A stretch of 48,738 bases of DNA. Origin: Ferruginibacter sp. GTDB taxonomy: Bacteria; Bacteroidota; Bacteroidia; Chitinophagales; Chitinophagaceae. This document shows positions 19,808 through 29,940 of the stretch, piece by piece (within the stretch, counting starts at the first letter, position 1; each line of letters opens with the position of its first letter). Made by a program: the position numbers and the translations under genes. The stretch lies in assembly GCA_041745235.1 (NCBI GenBank), contig JBGTJG010000144.1:1-48738 (forward strand), in the 5' to 3' direction. The notes under the pieces are model-generated. The model saw only the letters and a list, made by a program, of their open reading frames with translations. It was not told the origin of the DNA and made no database searches.

Positions 19808-20902
19808 ATGAAATTTTTCTTTGCATTATTTGCCGGCATTTTTTTTCTTTCATTTGCATTTGCCCAGAGCAGTTATACCATCTCCGGTAATGTGAGCAGC
19901 GAAACAGGTGGTTCACCTTTGGTTGCTGCTTCTGTTTTTGCTCAAAACACTACGTTGGGAACTGTTACTGATGCTGAAGGGAATTTCAAACTTCAACTTC
20001 CTTCAGGAGGCTATGACCTTGTTATAACCTATACAGGATATCGTACGGAAAGTATGCGTATAAGCAATGCTGCCGCAGCAGAAAAAATCACTGTTAAGCT
20101 ACGCGAAAAAGAAAAGGAACTGGAAACAGTTTCCGTGGTATCCACTAATGAAGTAGCAGATGGCCTGGCAAAATACGGCAGCTTTTTCAGAGAAGAATTC
20201 ATCGGTAAAACGGTAAACAGTGCGCTGGTGTCTGTTCAGAATCCGGAGGTGCTGCATTTCTTTTTTTCCAAAAGAAAGAATCGTTTAAAGATAACCGCTA
20301 CAGAACCCCTCATCATTAAGAACAATGCTTTCGGTTATAATATCAAATACACTCTGGATTCCTTTACGCACGAATACAATACGCAGGTGAGCACTTATAC
20401 AGGTTACCCGCTTTTTGAAGAAATGCAGGGCGACAGCAGCCAAAAGGTACAGTGGGAAGCTGCCAGAAGTTTATCTTATAATGGCTCCCTGCTTCACTTT
20501 ATGCGCAGTGTATTTAATAAGGAGATTAAATCTCAGAAATTTGAGATCCAATTCATAGCAAAGCTCAACGGAAAAGATGACGCCTTTAAGATCAAAGAGC
20601 CGTACAGTGCGTTGAAGTATGAAAAAGACGACAGCACACAAACAGTGAGCATATTGCCTAGCATGAAAGACGTGGGCGTATTATTTTCAGGGAAAAGGCC
20701 TTCTGCAGCTTATATGCGGGAACACCCCGAAGAGCCTGCACAGCTCAGGTTTTCTTTACTCACCTTCGCTCCGGAAGAAACGATCGTAATAGAGCAGAAC
20801 GGTTATTTTTATGACCAGAATGATATTTCAATCAGCGGCTATTGGACATGGGAAAAAGTAGGCGACCAGCTGCCGTATGATTATAATGTGATCCGACAAT
20901 GA
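19808..20902 (+). CDS. Secreted protein with carboxypeptidase-like regulatory domain
   Basis: Signal peptide from ATG 19808; ISGNV...PLVAASV...GTVTDAEGNFKL; C-terminal LPYDY. Confidence 0.8.
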   Translation: MKFFFALFAGIFFLSFAFAQSSYTISGNVSSETGGSPLVAASVFAQNTTLGTVTDAEGNFKLQLPSGGYDLVITYTGYRTESMRISNAAAAEKITVKLREKEKELETVSVVSTNEVADGLAKYGSFFREEFIGKTVNSALVSVQNPEVLHFFFSKRKNRLKITATEPLIIKNNAFGYNIKYTLDSFTHEYNTQVSTYTGYPLFEEMQGDSSQKVQWEAARSLSYNGSLLHFMRSVFNKEIKSQKFEIQFIAKLNGKDDAFKIKEPYSALKYEKDDSTQTVSILPSMKDVGVLFSGKRPSAAYMREHPEEPAQLRFSLLTFAPEETIVIEQNGYFYDQNDISISGYWTWEKVGDQLPYDYNVIRQ

Positions 20903-20936
20903 GCATCGGCATTCATTAAATCCAATATTTTAACAG

Positions 20937-21881
20937 CTATTTTTTGCCCATAACTTTATCCCAGAGTTGCGGTATCCGTTTAACCCAAACCAGTTCTCTT
21001 CTTTTAATATTTGCTTCTTCTGCCGGCAAACCGAAATAAGTTTTGTTTCCTTCCAGGTTTCCTACAACACCGCTCTGGCCAAGTATTACTGCATTATCCC
21101 CGATGGTGATCGTTTTATTAAAACCAACCTGCCCCCATACTGTTACACCGTTGCCTAATGTTGTCATACCTGCAATGCCGGATTGAGCTGCCATCAGGCA
21201 ATTATTGCCGAGAACTGTATCATGCCCTATATGCATCATATTATCCAGCTTAGTACCTTTCCCGATTCTTGTATCATGGGTCACGCCTTTGTCTATCATA
21301 CACCCTGCACCTATCTCTACATCGTCTTCAATAATTACAGTTCCGCAGCTTGGCATTTTCTTATACCACTTTTCCCGATCCTTTTTGGTGTTGTAATAAA
21401 ATGCATCGCTTCCTATTACAGACCCTGATTGTATAATTACGTTGTTGCCTATTGTGCAGTCATCCATGATCGTCACGTTAGGATGGATAACGCAATTTGT
21501 TCCGATAGTAACATTATGGCCAATGAATACACCGGGGAAAATGTAACTGCCCAGCCCGATGCTTTCGGTATTGATCATCTTATCTGTTTTCAATAAGGGC
21601 TTGTAATGTGCTGCAATTGTGCAGTATGCTTCAAACGGATTATCAATGAAGAGTAATGTCTTGCCTGCAGGCGCCTCTGCTTCTGTATTAATGATAATAT
21701 ATGTAGCATTGCTGCCGAGGGCTTTGCTGTAATATTTGGGATGGTCTACAAAAGCAATATCCCCGATCTCTGCTTTATTCAGTTCATTAATGCCCAGGGC
21801 TACACCGGTGCGGTTGCCAATGATGCGTGAGCCTGTCATAGCCGCTATTTTTTCTATGCCTACGGGAGAAGGAAACTTCAT
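20937..21881 (-). CDS. lpxD: LpxD-like UDP-3-O-acyl-glucosamine N-acyltransferase (hexapeptide repeats; probable paralog)
   Basis: Left-handed beta-helix repeats, GTKLDNMMHIGHD, IAFVDHPKY N-domain. Confidence 0.8.
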   Translation of the reverse strand: MKFPSPVGIEKIAAMTGSRIIGNRTGVALGINELNKAEIGDIAFVDHPKYYSKALGSNATYIIINTEAEAPAGKTLLFIDNPFEAYCTIAAHYKPLLKTDKMINTESIGLGSYIFPGVFIGHNVTIGTNCVIHPNVTIMDDCTIGNNVIIQSGSVIGSDAFYYNTKKDREKWYKKMPSCGTVIIEDDVEIGAGCMIDKGVTHDTRIGKGTKLDNMMHIGHDTVLGNNCLMAAQSGIAGMTTLGNGVTVWGQVGFNKTITIGDNAVILGQSGVVGNLEGNKTYFGLPAEEANIKRRELVWVKRIPQLWDKVMGKK

Positions 21882-21914
21882 GAATGTATTTTTAAATAAA
21901 GGTAATTTGTTTTT

Positions 21915-22943
21915 TTAGGAGATGATCGCTGCCCGTATTAGATCTGCAGCCCTGTCGGTATCATATTTAATTGCAAGTTTGCCGGCATTCTCAAGAAGAA
22001 TATTTTTTAAATTTTCATCTTTATAAAGCAGTTGCATTTTTTCAGCAACACTCGTTTCAGTTATGTTGGTCAGCAGGGCTGCATTCCCAAACAGCATTTG
22101 GTTTAATGTATTCTCCTCTGCAATTATCGGCACGCTTTCCCTGAGTGCGGTAAAGGCGATGTTCGCAGCATCATAATTACAGAACCAAATAAGGACAAAT
22201 GCATTTTTCACAATTTCTCCTCTTTCCTCATTGTTTTCTATGACTATTACTTCTTCCCGAAACCGGTAATTTTTCAGATCAGGAAGAAGCTTGCGGGCCT
22301 CTGTATTTTGCAGCAACAACACCAGTTTCATAGCTGTTTTTTGCCGTTTTTTTAATTGGGAAAATGCTTTCAGAACCGTCATCGAATGCGGTGCAGAAGC
22401 AGCAGAAACGATATACAGATAATAGTTGTTTTCAATAACACCTGACTCATTTCCGAATGACAATGTTTTGGGCAGGCCATGGTACACTGTTTTAATTTTA
22501 ACGGCTGATAGCGGATGCTTTGCAGAGAGGTCAGCTGTTATAAAATCTTCAGCAGAAAAAATGGTGATTACTTTGGCCAGATGTTTTGTAAACAGCTTTT
22601 TGAAAAAGCCTTTTCTTTCTGTGTCAGGCGTTTTACTGAAATATAAATATTGCGGTAAATCTGTTTTCGCACAGAGCATTCCTGAGTCACTTATAAAAGC
22701 CTGCGCATTATGCTTTATCAGCAAAGCGGGTAGTTTATAGCTGTACCAATAAAATAAAAGCAGTTTATTTATCGATTTAGGCAGAACAGGCACCGATATG
22801 CAATTATCAGGCAGTGCAGGAATAGCATTTTCCGAAAAAATGATAAAACGGTCAGACGGATGTTTAGCAGCAAGGCAGGACAAAACTTCAGGCAAATAGC
22901 TGTGATCTTCTTTTTTACCTGATGTATGAGCGGCTATAACCAT
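21915..22943 (-). CDS. GT4/GT-B-like glycosyltransferase, divergent
   Basis: Overall GT4 layout (LKAFSQLKKRQKTAMKLVL, AEKMQLLYKDENLK) but no E-x7-E motif. Confidence 0.65.
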   Translation of the reverse strand: MVIAAHTSGKKEDHSYLPEVLSCLAAKHPSDRFIIFSENAIPALPDNCISVPVLPKSINKLLLFYWYSYKLPALLIKHNAQAFISDSGMLCAKTDLPQYLYFSKTPDTERKGFFKKLFTKHLAKVITIFSAEDFITADLSAKHPLSAVKIKTVYHGLPKTLSFGNESGVIENNYYLYIVSAASAPHSMTVLKAFSQLKKRQKTAMKLVLLLQNTEARKLLPDLKNYRFREEVIVIENNEERGEIVKNAFVLIWFCNYDAANIAFTALRESVPIIAEENTLNQMLFGNAALLTNITETSVAEKMQLLYKDENLKNILLENAGKLAIKYDTDRAADLIRAAIIS

Positions 22944-22998
22944 TGATCTTGCTGAAGCTTTCAGGTAATAAAGTTGGGATAGGTATAAGATACTTTGA

Positions 22999-24297
22999 TC
23001 AGGATGACCGCCGGAGCACTTTCAATTTTACGGTCTCGATCCTTGTACCGCTTACACCCTGTATGTCAAACTCGTAATTGCCGATGATGATCTGTTCTTT
23101 CTGCTTGGGAATTGATTCATGCCGCTCTATGATAAAACCGGACAAGGTTTCGCTGGTTTCATCTTCCGGGAATTCAAGGTCATATTTTCGGGTTATATAA
23201 TCCAGTTCCAGCCTGCCGCTGAAAAGATATTCATTTTCGGTAAGCTGTTTATCTGTAAAGTCTTCAACATCGTCATATTCATCTTTTATTTCTCCGAATA
23301 TTTCTTCCAGGAGGTCTTCCATAGTTACTATCCCTGCTGTGCCGCCAAATTCATCAATTACCCAGGCAATGCTCTTTCTTTCTTTGGTAAACTTGCTCAT
23401 GAGATCAGTAGCGCTCATGCTTTCGGGGACGGTTGGGATGGGCAACAGTATATCTGTGATAGATGCCGGGCTTTTAAACATATCCAACTGGTGAATATAG
23501 CCGGTGATGTTGTCAATATTACCGTCATAAACCACGAGTTTGCTTAGCTGTGTTTCAATAAAACGGGTTGTTACTTCCTGTATGCTGCTCGTTTGCGAAA
23601 TACTTACGATCTCTTTGCGGGGTACAAGGCATTCCCGCAGGCGTACTTCGCCCAGTGCGAGCGCATTATCAAAAAGTTCTTTGTTAATGTCGGAAGAATC
23701 TTCCTCATTGTGCATTTTGTTTTGCTGCACGTAATGCTCCAGATCTATTTTGCTGAAAACCTCTTTGCGCTCACTGATCTTCACATTAAAAACATACTTA
23801 AGTATCCATTCTGCCATACTTACTAAGACCGATGACACAGAATAGAAAATGGAATAAAAGAAACGGACTACATAAGCGATGATCCCTGATGACAGAACGC
23901 TTTTATTTTTTGCCCTGAATAATGCTTTGCACAAAAACTCTACAAGAAGAATAATTGCAGTAGATAAGATCGTTTCTACAAAAAGCTTTATGAAATTGAC
24001 ATATTTAGCAGAGGACGCAGGCAGAAGCGCTTCCATCCTTAGCCATAGCGGATACAGGAGTTCACCTATAAGCAGGCCATACACTACATAAAGAATATTT
24101 ACAACTACGAGAATGGTACCGATAAAGCGTGCCGGGTGTATTGCAAAGGTTCCCCATACTTTTCCCGCATAGCTACCCTGCTTTTTATTAAGCTCCAGCG
24201 AAAGTTTGTTTGCAGATACAAAGGCTATTTCCATGCCTGCAAAAAAACCGATCAGTATTACAGAAACAAGTATGGCTGTGAGTGCGGGAACCTCCAT
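22999..24297 (-). CDS. Hemolysin/CorC (CNNM-CBS-CorC) family protein
   Basis: FFAGMEIAFVS, CBS pair, VIDEFGGTAGIVTMEDLLEEIFGEI. Confidence 0.92.
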   Translation of the reverse strand: MEVPALTAILVSVILIGFFAGMEIAFVSANKLSLELNKKQGSYAGKVWGTFAIHPARFIGTILVVVNILYVVYGLLIGELLYPLWLRMEALLPASSAKYVNFIKLFVETILSTAIILLVEFLCKALFRAKNKSVLSSGIIAYVVRFFYSIFYSVSSVLVSMAEWILKYVFNVKISERKEVFSKIDLEHYVQQNKMHNEEDSSDINKELFDNALALGEVRLRECLVPRKEIVSISQTSSIQEVTTRFIETQLSKLVVYDGNIDNITGYIHQLDMFKSPASITDILLPIPTVPESMSATDLMSKFTKERKSIAWVIDEFGGTAGIVTMEDLLEEIFGEIKDEYDDVEDFTDKQLTENEYLFSGRLELDYITRKYDLEFPEDETSETLSGFIIERHESIPKQKEQIIIGNYEFDIQGVSGTRIETVKLKVLRRSS

Positions 24298-24325
24298 AAT
24301 ATAAAAATAAGGAATAGGAGCGAAA

Positions 24326-24886
24326 CTAATTGTTTAAAAACTCTCCTACGATCTCTTCCGCTTCTTTGCATGCATCGTCAAAATTGCAATTGACAACGGA
24401 TCTGTTGAAATGCTCTTTAAACGAAAGTTCATAGGAAACCTTGCTCATTCTTGCAGCGAAAGATTCATCACTTTCAGTGCCGCGTTCATGCAATCTCTTT
24501 TTCAGTTCATCTACAGAAGGAGGTTCTATAAATATACTGAGTGCACCTTCACCAAATTCCTGTTGCACATGAATGGCGCCTTTTACATCAATATCAAGCA
24601 CGGGGACTTTTCCTTCATCCCAAATGCGGCTCAGTTCAGACTTTAATGTGCCGTAATATTTTCCTTCATACACCATTTCCCACTCTGCAAATTCATCGTG
24701 CTGTATTTTGTATTTAAAATCTTCCTCAGACATAAAATAATAATGCACACCTTCTGTCTCGCTTTCCCGGGGCTTTCGCGTAGCTGCAGAAACGGAAAAC
24801 TTAAGCAGCGGAAATTTCTTCATCAGGTGCCTGGTGATAGATGTTTTTCCTGCCCCTGAGGGTGCTGTTATGATGAGGATCTTCAT
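24326..24886 (-). CDS. gmk: Guanylate kinase
   Basis: TAPSGAGKT P-loop, SVSAATRKPR, YYGT, LDIDVKGA; start at ATG 24886. Confidence 0.96.
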   Translation of the reverse strand: MKILIITAPSGAGKTSITRHLMKKFPLLKFSVSAATRKPRESETEGVHYYFMSEEDFKYKIQHDEFAEWEMVYEGKYYGTLKSELSRIWDEGKVPVLDIDVKGAIHVQQEFGEGALSIFIEPPSVDELKKRLHERGTESDESFAARMSKVSYELSFKEHFNRSVVNCNFDDACKEAEEIVGEFLNN

Positions 24887-24902
24887 TATTATGTTACAAT
24901 TA

Positions 24903-26210
24903 TTATTCAGATCGTGTAATATCCGCACCGAGTGCACGCAACCGGCCATCTATATTTTCATAGCCGCGGTCTATCTGTTCAATATTCTGAATAGTACTTT
25001 TTCCTTTGGCGCTCAGAGCAGCGATCAATAATGCTACACCCGCACGTATATCCGGGCTGGTCATGGTAATACCCCGCAATTGTTTTTTTCGCTCCAGGCC
25101 TATCACTACTGCACGGTGGGGATCGCACAGAATGATTTGTGCGCCCATCTCAATAAGATTGTCTGTAAAGAATAACCTGCTTTCAAACATTTTCTGGTGA
25201 ATGAGCACGCTGCCGTGTGCCTGTATCGCAGTGACCAGCACGATACTCAGCAGATCCGGCGTGAAGCCGGGCCAGGGATGATCGTAAAAAGACATGACGC
25301 CACCATCCAGGAAAGTCTGGATCTCATATTTTTCCTGTGCGGGGATATGAATATCGTCGCCGTTAAAATGCATTTCTATCCCGAGCTGCCGAAACTTTTC
25401 CGGGATTATTCCTAATGAACCTATGCTTGCATTTTTAATAGTGATATCGCTTTGCGTCATTGCAGCAAGGCCTATAAAGCTACCTACTTCTATCATGTCG
25501 GGCAGGATAGTGTGGGTTGTGCCGTGCATTTCAACCATCCCTATGATCGTGAGCATGTTGCTCCCCACGCCGGTTATCCATGCTCCCATGCCAATGAGCA
25601 TCTGGCAAAGCTGTTGAATATAAGGCTCACAGGCTGCGTTATAAATTACGGTAGTTCCTTTAGCGAGCACCGAAGCCATTACAATATTTGCGGTACCCGT
25701 TACGCTTGGCTCATCCAGCAGCATATAGCAACCGCGCAGCTCATCGGCGCTCAGGGTAAAAAATCCTGTATCGCCGTTATAAGTAAACTCAGCACCCATG
25801 CGCTGAAAGCCCACTATATGCGTGTCCAGTTTTCTGCGGCCTATCTTATCGCCGCCCGGTTTTGGGAGATATGCTTTTTTAAATCTGGCAAGTAAAGGCC
25901 CCGCAAGCATTACTGAGCCGCGAAGTTTCCCGCTTTTTTTAAAATATTTTTCGCTTTGCAGGTAATCGGTATCTACATCATCAGCTTGAAAAAGATAACA
26001 GTTGGCTGATTTCTTTTCCACCTTTACATTCATTTCCCGCAGCAATTCTATAAGGAGGTTTACATCAATAATGTCAGGGATGTTGCGAATCTCTACCGGT
26101 TCTGCAGTAAGGAGAACAGCGCTTATAACCTGCAGGGCTTCGTTCTTTGCACCCTGCGGAGTTACTTCTCCGCTCAGTCGGTTGCCGCCGCCTACATGAA
26201 ATATCGCCAT
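24903..26210 (-). CDS. murA: UDP-N-acetylglucosamine 1-carboxyvinyltransferase
   Basis: GAKNEAL, PGGDKIGRR, SVTGT, PWPGFTPDL, IDRGYE. Confidence 0.97.
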   Translation of the reverse strand: MAIFHVGGGNRLSGEVTPQGAKNEALQVISAVLLTAEPVEIRNIPDIIDVNLLIELLREMNVKVEKKSANCYLFQADDVDTDYLQSEKYFKKSGKLRGSVMLAGPLLARFKKAYLPKPGGDKIGRRKLDTHIVGFQRMGAEFTYNGDTGFFTLSADELRGCYMLLDEPSVTGTANIVMASVLAKGTTVIYNAACEPYIQQLCQMLIGMGAWITGVGSNMLTIIGMVEMHGTTHTILPDMIEVGSFIGLAAMTQSDITIKNASIGSLGIIPEKFRQLGIEMHFNGDDIHIPAQEKYEIQTFLDGGVMSFYDHPWPGFTPDLLSIVLVTAIQAHGSVLIHQKMFESRLFFTDNLIEMGAQIILCDPHRAVVIGLERKKQLRGITMTSPDIRAGVALLIAALSAKGKSTIQNIEQIDRGYENIDGRLRALGADITRSE

Positions 26211-26228
26211 TGAGGAAAATTATTTTGC

Positions 26229-26236
26229 CAAAAATA
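26229..26236 (-). promoter_or_regulatory. -7 element (TATTTTTG) of murA
   Basis: TAnnTTTG on the minus strand just downstream of the DUF4290 terminator. Confidence 0.5.
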
Positions 26237-26242
26237 GCGGAG

Positions 26243-26281
26243 AAAAAACAGAAACCGGAAATATCCTTAGGATTTTCCGGT
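26243..26281 (-). terminator. Intrinsic terminator after the DUF4290 gene
   Basis: Minus strand ACCGGAAAATCC-TAA-GGATATTTCCGGT followed by TTCTGTTTTTT. Confidence 0.7.
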
Positions 26282-26324
26282 CTGATAAAATTTGGGAGTA
26301 AGTAATGCCTAATGCATTTCGCTT

Positions 26325-26352
26325 TGAACCTTCAACCTTCAACTTCGAACCT
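26325..26352. repeat. Four degenerate 7-mer repeats (tgaacct tcaacct tcaactt cgaacct)
   Basis: Seen directly just after the DUF4290 stop. Confidence 0.6.
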
Positions 26353-27125
26353 TAAAACCTCTTTTTAAAATTCCTATTGTTATTATTATTGCGGGGTTCT
26401 CCGCTGTTTCCGCCCGGCCTGCCACCCTGAGAGTTATTGGTGTTGCCGTTGCGGTTGTTGTTATTATTATTGCGGTTGTCGTTATTGTTGTTCCGGTTAT
26501 CCCTGCCACCGAAGTTTTTACGGAACTGATTGCGGCCCGCCGGGTATTCATCTCTTTCTATGCGAACGGGCTGATGCTTGACAAAAGGGCGGTTATTAAA
26601 TTCCAATTCGCCTTTGCTCATGCTGCGCAGTTCAGTTTGTATAGTATCATCATGCACGAGTTCCTTGTGCCAGTTACTATAGGTAAGTTTCATGTAATAC
26701 GCAATTGCATTTGCAAAGCCCTGCTTTTTTTCAGGGTTTTCTTCCTTCAGCGCCTTATCCATCACAACTTCAATGTTCTTGCCCAAGTGGTTGAATCTCG
26801 GGTATTTTTTAGGATACGCCAGTACTTCGGGTTTTGCCTTTAATGTTTCCCTCGTGGGGATCGGGTAAGGGCTTTCCACATCCAAAGCAAAATCACTTAT
26901 CAGGAAAAGATGGTCCCAGAGCTTATGGCGAAAATCTTCTACGTTCTTTAAATGCGGGTTAAGGAAACCCATCAGTTCTATCACCGCATATGCGTTGCGT
27001 TGCCGTTCTTCTCTGTCTTCCAGGGTGAGCAGGTACTCCACCATTTTTTGAATATGCCGCCCGTACTCCTTCATAATAAGGAAGTTTCGGGTGGTGTTAT
27101 ATTCCATGTTATCTACGTTCATCAT
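26352..27125 (-). CDS. DUF4290 domain protein with Asn/Arg-rich low-complexity tail
   Basis: MEYNTTR..L.MKEYGRHIQKMV, KLWDHLF; upstream of murA; start 27125 or 27107 (-7 element TATATTTG at 27132-27139). Confidence 0.9.
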   Translation of the reverse strand: MMNVDNMEYNTTRNFLIMKEYGRHIQKMVEYLLTLEDREERQRNAYAVIELMGFLNPHLKNVEDFRHKLWDHLFLISDFALDVESPYPIPTRETLKAKPEVLAYPKKYPRFNHLGKNIEVVMDKALKEENPEKKQGFANAIAYYMKLTYSNWHKELVHDDTIQTELRSMSKGELEFNNRPFVKHQPVRIERDEYPAGRNQFRKNFGGRDNRNNNNDNRNNNNNNRNGNTNNSQGGRPGGNSGEPRNNNNNRNFKKRF

Positions 27126-27168
27126 ATAGGGCAAATATACGGTTTTTGAGGTTTTGAGGGGTGTTTGG

Positions 27169-27218
27169 TATTTATTGACTTTTGTCAACAGCCAAGATTA
27201 ATAGAGGTTATAATTTTG
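27169..27218 (+). promoter_or_regulatory. Palindromic operator TTGAC-TTTT-GTCAA (27175-27188) plus -7 element TAATTTTG (27211-27218)
   Basis: 20-mer TATTTATTGACTTTTGTCAA and 22-nt spacer to TAATTTTG identical to 30103-30152. Confidence 0.75.
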
Positions 27219-27241
27219 AATTTTATCATAATTCACATTCT

Positions 27242-27880
27242 ATGATTTCCGTTACTTGTCGCGTAAATAAACCTGCAAATTATACAGAAAATATTGTGTT
27301 TAGATTTATAGGTGTACTGTTTTTAAGTGTATGGATTTATTTCTGTGCAACTGCCATAGACAGGCAGGATTGGTGGCTGGAAAACATTCTTGTCATTTGT
27401 TTTGTTTTCGGCCTGATAGTGTGCCAAAAAAGGTTTATGTTCTGTGATAAGAGCCTTGTTTTTATTTTCGTTTTTCTATTGCTGCATATCTATGGCGCAA
27501 GAACGGCGTATACTCAAAATGAACTTGGCGAGATACTAAGAAACATATGGAACCTCGATCGAAATCCTTATGACCGAATTGTTCATTTCAGTTTTGGGTT
27601 TTTCATGGCTTATCCGTTTACCGAATTTTTCCAAGTCAAATTTGCCGTTGCGAAAAAATACATCTTTGTTTTGGTGACGATGGCCATCCTTTCCTTTGCA
27701 ACCATATTCGAATTAATTGAGTGGGGTGTGGCTGCATGTACGGATTCGGCCACGGGCGAAACTTATGTAGCCACACAAGGTGACCCATGGGATGCACAAA
27801 AGGATACTATATTGGCTGTGTTAGGAGCAGTGATATTTATGAGAATTCAAAGACAAATATCAAAGCTGTTTGATAAGTGA
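27242..27880 (+). CDS. DUF2238 (YjdF-like) membrane protein
   Basis: DWWLEN, LHIYGA, RNPYDRIVHF, FELIEW, QGDPWDAQKD; ATG 27242 follows the -7 element. Confidence 0.88.
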   Translation: MISVTCRVNKPANYTENIVFRFIGVLFLSVWIYFCATAIDRQDWWLENILVICFVFGLIVCQKRFMFCDKSLVFIFVFLLLHIYGARTAYTQNELGEILRNIWNLDRNPYDRIVHFSFGFFMAYPFTEFFQVKFAVAKKYIFVLVTMAILSFATIFELIEWGVAACTDSATGETYVATQGDPWDAQKDTILAVLGAVIFMRIQRQISKLFDK

Positions 27881-27943
27881 GGTAGTTGAGGGCATTAAAT
27901 CAATGGTATTATATTCATGACAAAAAACTTAAAAATTAAATAA

Positions 27944-28501
27944 ATGAAAAAGACATTTTTCTTACTGACATTGTTGATAACCATATTTATATCCTGCAGG
28001 AAAAATACTGATAATTCAAATACCTTTCCCGCAGAAACGAATGAAGGAAGAAATACCCTGGGATGCTATATTGACGGTACGGCTTTTATAGCAGCTACAA
28101 CTTTATTTGGACTCGTTAGCCCCTTAAATGTAAGCTACTATCGGGATTCCACTTCAATATATAAAGCAGGATTCTTATCTATCGGGGGTATTGATGCACG
28201 GTATCAGGATAACATTGCAGGGAACCTTGTAATAAATAAACATAATGTCTTTGGGGTTGGTGAATATAATTTAGTACATGTCAATAATTGTGCGAGTACC
28301 TATGGATGTGATGGCATTGGATACTATAATGCAAAGACAGGCAAGACATATTTTGCCGAATCAGGTAAGTTGACAATAACCAAACTTGACACATTACAAA
28401 GAGTAGTTTCAGGGACTTTTAGTTTTATGGCCAAAGACACATTAGGAAACATAAAACATATTACAAGGGGAAGATTCGATGCTAAATATTTTCGTCCATA
28501 A
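27944..28501 (+). CDS. Lipoprotein, DUF6252-like
   Basis: Lipobox FISC; PAETNEGRNTLGCYIDG; GKLTITKLD...VSGTFSF...ITRGRFD. Confidence 0.75.
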   Translation: MKKTFFLLTLLITIFISCRKNTDNSNTFPAETNEGRNTLGCYIDGTAFIAATTLFGLVSPLNVSYYRDSTSIYKAGFLSIGGIDARYQDNIAGNLVINKHNVFGVGEYNLVHVNNCASTYGCDGIGYYNAKTGKTYFAESGKLTITKLDTLQRVVSGTFSFMAKDTLGNIKHITRGRFDAKYFRP

Positions 28502-28577
28502 TGCAAGTTTAAAATCATTAGGAATTAGCCGTGCCGTTTCGTGTGTCCTGAAACGGGGCTGTGGGGGGGGTATCATT

Positions 28578-28662
28578 TTAAATATGACGCCCGTATTCCT
28601 TTATGATAACGAATGTTCGGGTGGTGATATATTTCATGTTATCTCTGTCATCATATAGGCAA
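28578..28662 (-). pseudogene. Degenerate duplicate of the DUF4290 5' end (19-codon remnant)
   Basis: 28581-28644 matches 27051-27114 at 55 of 64 positions (hand count); encodes MKYITTRTFVIIKEYGRHI* versus MEYNTTRNFLIMKEYGRHIQ. Confidence 0.85.
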
Positions 28663-28698
28663 TCTAAAATTTTTGGTGGTTTGGTTAACGTAGATAAC

Positions 28699-29940
28699 TC
28701 ACCCGATCAACCTTTTCGCAGTAGGCAGGTCTATTTCTTTTTCCCATTTAGCTACAACAATTGTTGCAACAGAATTTCCGATAAGATTTGTAAGTGCACG
28801 CCCTTCACTCATAAAGCGATCTATACCAAAAATTAATGCAATAGCTGCAACGGGAATATGACCGACAACAGGCAATGTTGCGGCAAGCACTATAAAGCCG
28901 CTGCCCGTTACACCCGCTGCGCCTTTAGAGGTCAGCAAGAGTACAAGGAGCAGCGTAATTTGCTGCCCGATATCTAACGGGGTATTTGTGGCTTGGGCAA
29001 GAAAAACAGCAGCCATTGTTAAGTATATGGATGTACCATCCAGGTTAAAGGAATAACCGGTAGGGACAACAAGACCTACTACAGGTTCTGAGCAACCAAC
29101 TCTTTCCAGCTTTTTAATAAGACCCGGCAGCGCCGCCTCAGATGACGAAGTACCTAATACGATCAGTAATTCTTCTTTTAAAAATGACAGCAGGCGAAAT
29201 AAATTGAACCCTGCATATTTTAAAATACTCCCGAGTACGATCACAATAAATAAAATGCAGGTAAGATAAAAAGATGCCATCAGTTGCCAGAGCTGTGTGA
29301 GGGAACCCACCCCGAATTTACCGATCGTAAAAGCCATTGCTCCCAGCGCGCCGAGAGGTGCGAGCTTCATGATCATTTTAATGATCGTGAATAATGCATC
29401 TTCCAGGGACTGAATACCTTTTAAAAGAGGCGCCGCTTTCTCCCCGATGCGGGACAAGGCAAAACCCAGCAGGACAGAAAAAAACAATACCTGCAGAATA
29501 TTCCCGGTGGACAGGGCATTTACTATATTATCCGGGATGATGTGCATTAAAAAATCTGCAACAGATTCATTTTTGCTGCCGGTAATATAAGTATCTACAG
29601 ATTTTGTGTCTAATGCTGCAGTATTCGCGTTCATACCTACACCGGGTTTCAACACATTAATAACGATAAGACCGATAATTAATGCAAGGGTTGTTACTAC
29701 TTCAAAATAGAGAATGGCTTTTAATCCGACACGCCCGAGCTTTTTGGTGTTTTGCATACCGGCAATGCCGGTTACTATGGTACAAAAAATGATAGGGGCG
29801 ATCATCATTTTAATGAGCCTGATAAAGCCATCTCCCAAAGGTTTCAGCTGCGTGCCCGCCGAAGGCCAAAAATGGCCGATAAATATGCCGATTAAAATAG
29901 CAATGATGACCTGTACGTAAAGGACTTTCAGATATTTCAT
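28699..29940 (-). CDS. dctA: C4-dicarboxylate:cation symporter (DAACS family)
   Basis: [46 protein letters not shown]. Confidence 0.93.
   Translation of the reverse strand: MKYLKVLYVQVIIAILIGIFIGHFWPSAGTQLKPLGDGFIRLIKMMIAPIIFCTIVTGIAGMQNTKKLGRVGLKAILYFEVVTTLALIIGLIVINVLKPGVGMNANTAALDTKSVDTYITGSKNESVADFLMHIIPDNIVNALSTGNILQVLFFSVLLGFALSRIGEKAAPLLKGIQSLEDALFTIIKMIMKLAPLGALGAMAFTIGKFGVGSLTQLWQLMASFYLTCILFIVIVLGSILKYAGFNLFRLLSFLKEELLIVLGTSSSEAALPGLIKKLERVGCSEPVVGLVVPTGYSFNLDGTSIYLTMAAVFLAQATNTPLDIGQQITLLLVLLLTSKGAAGVTGSGFIVLAATLPVVGHIPVAAIALIFGIDRFMSEGRALTNLIGNSVATIVVAKWEKEIDLPTAKRLIG

Noticed and set aside
28603..28836. 77-aa plus-strand ORF
   Set aside because: Antisense to dctA and to the DUF4290 remnant
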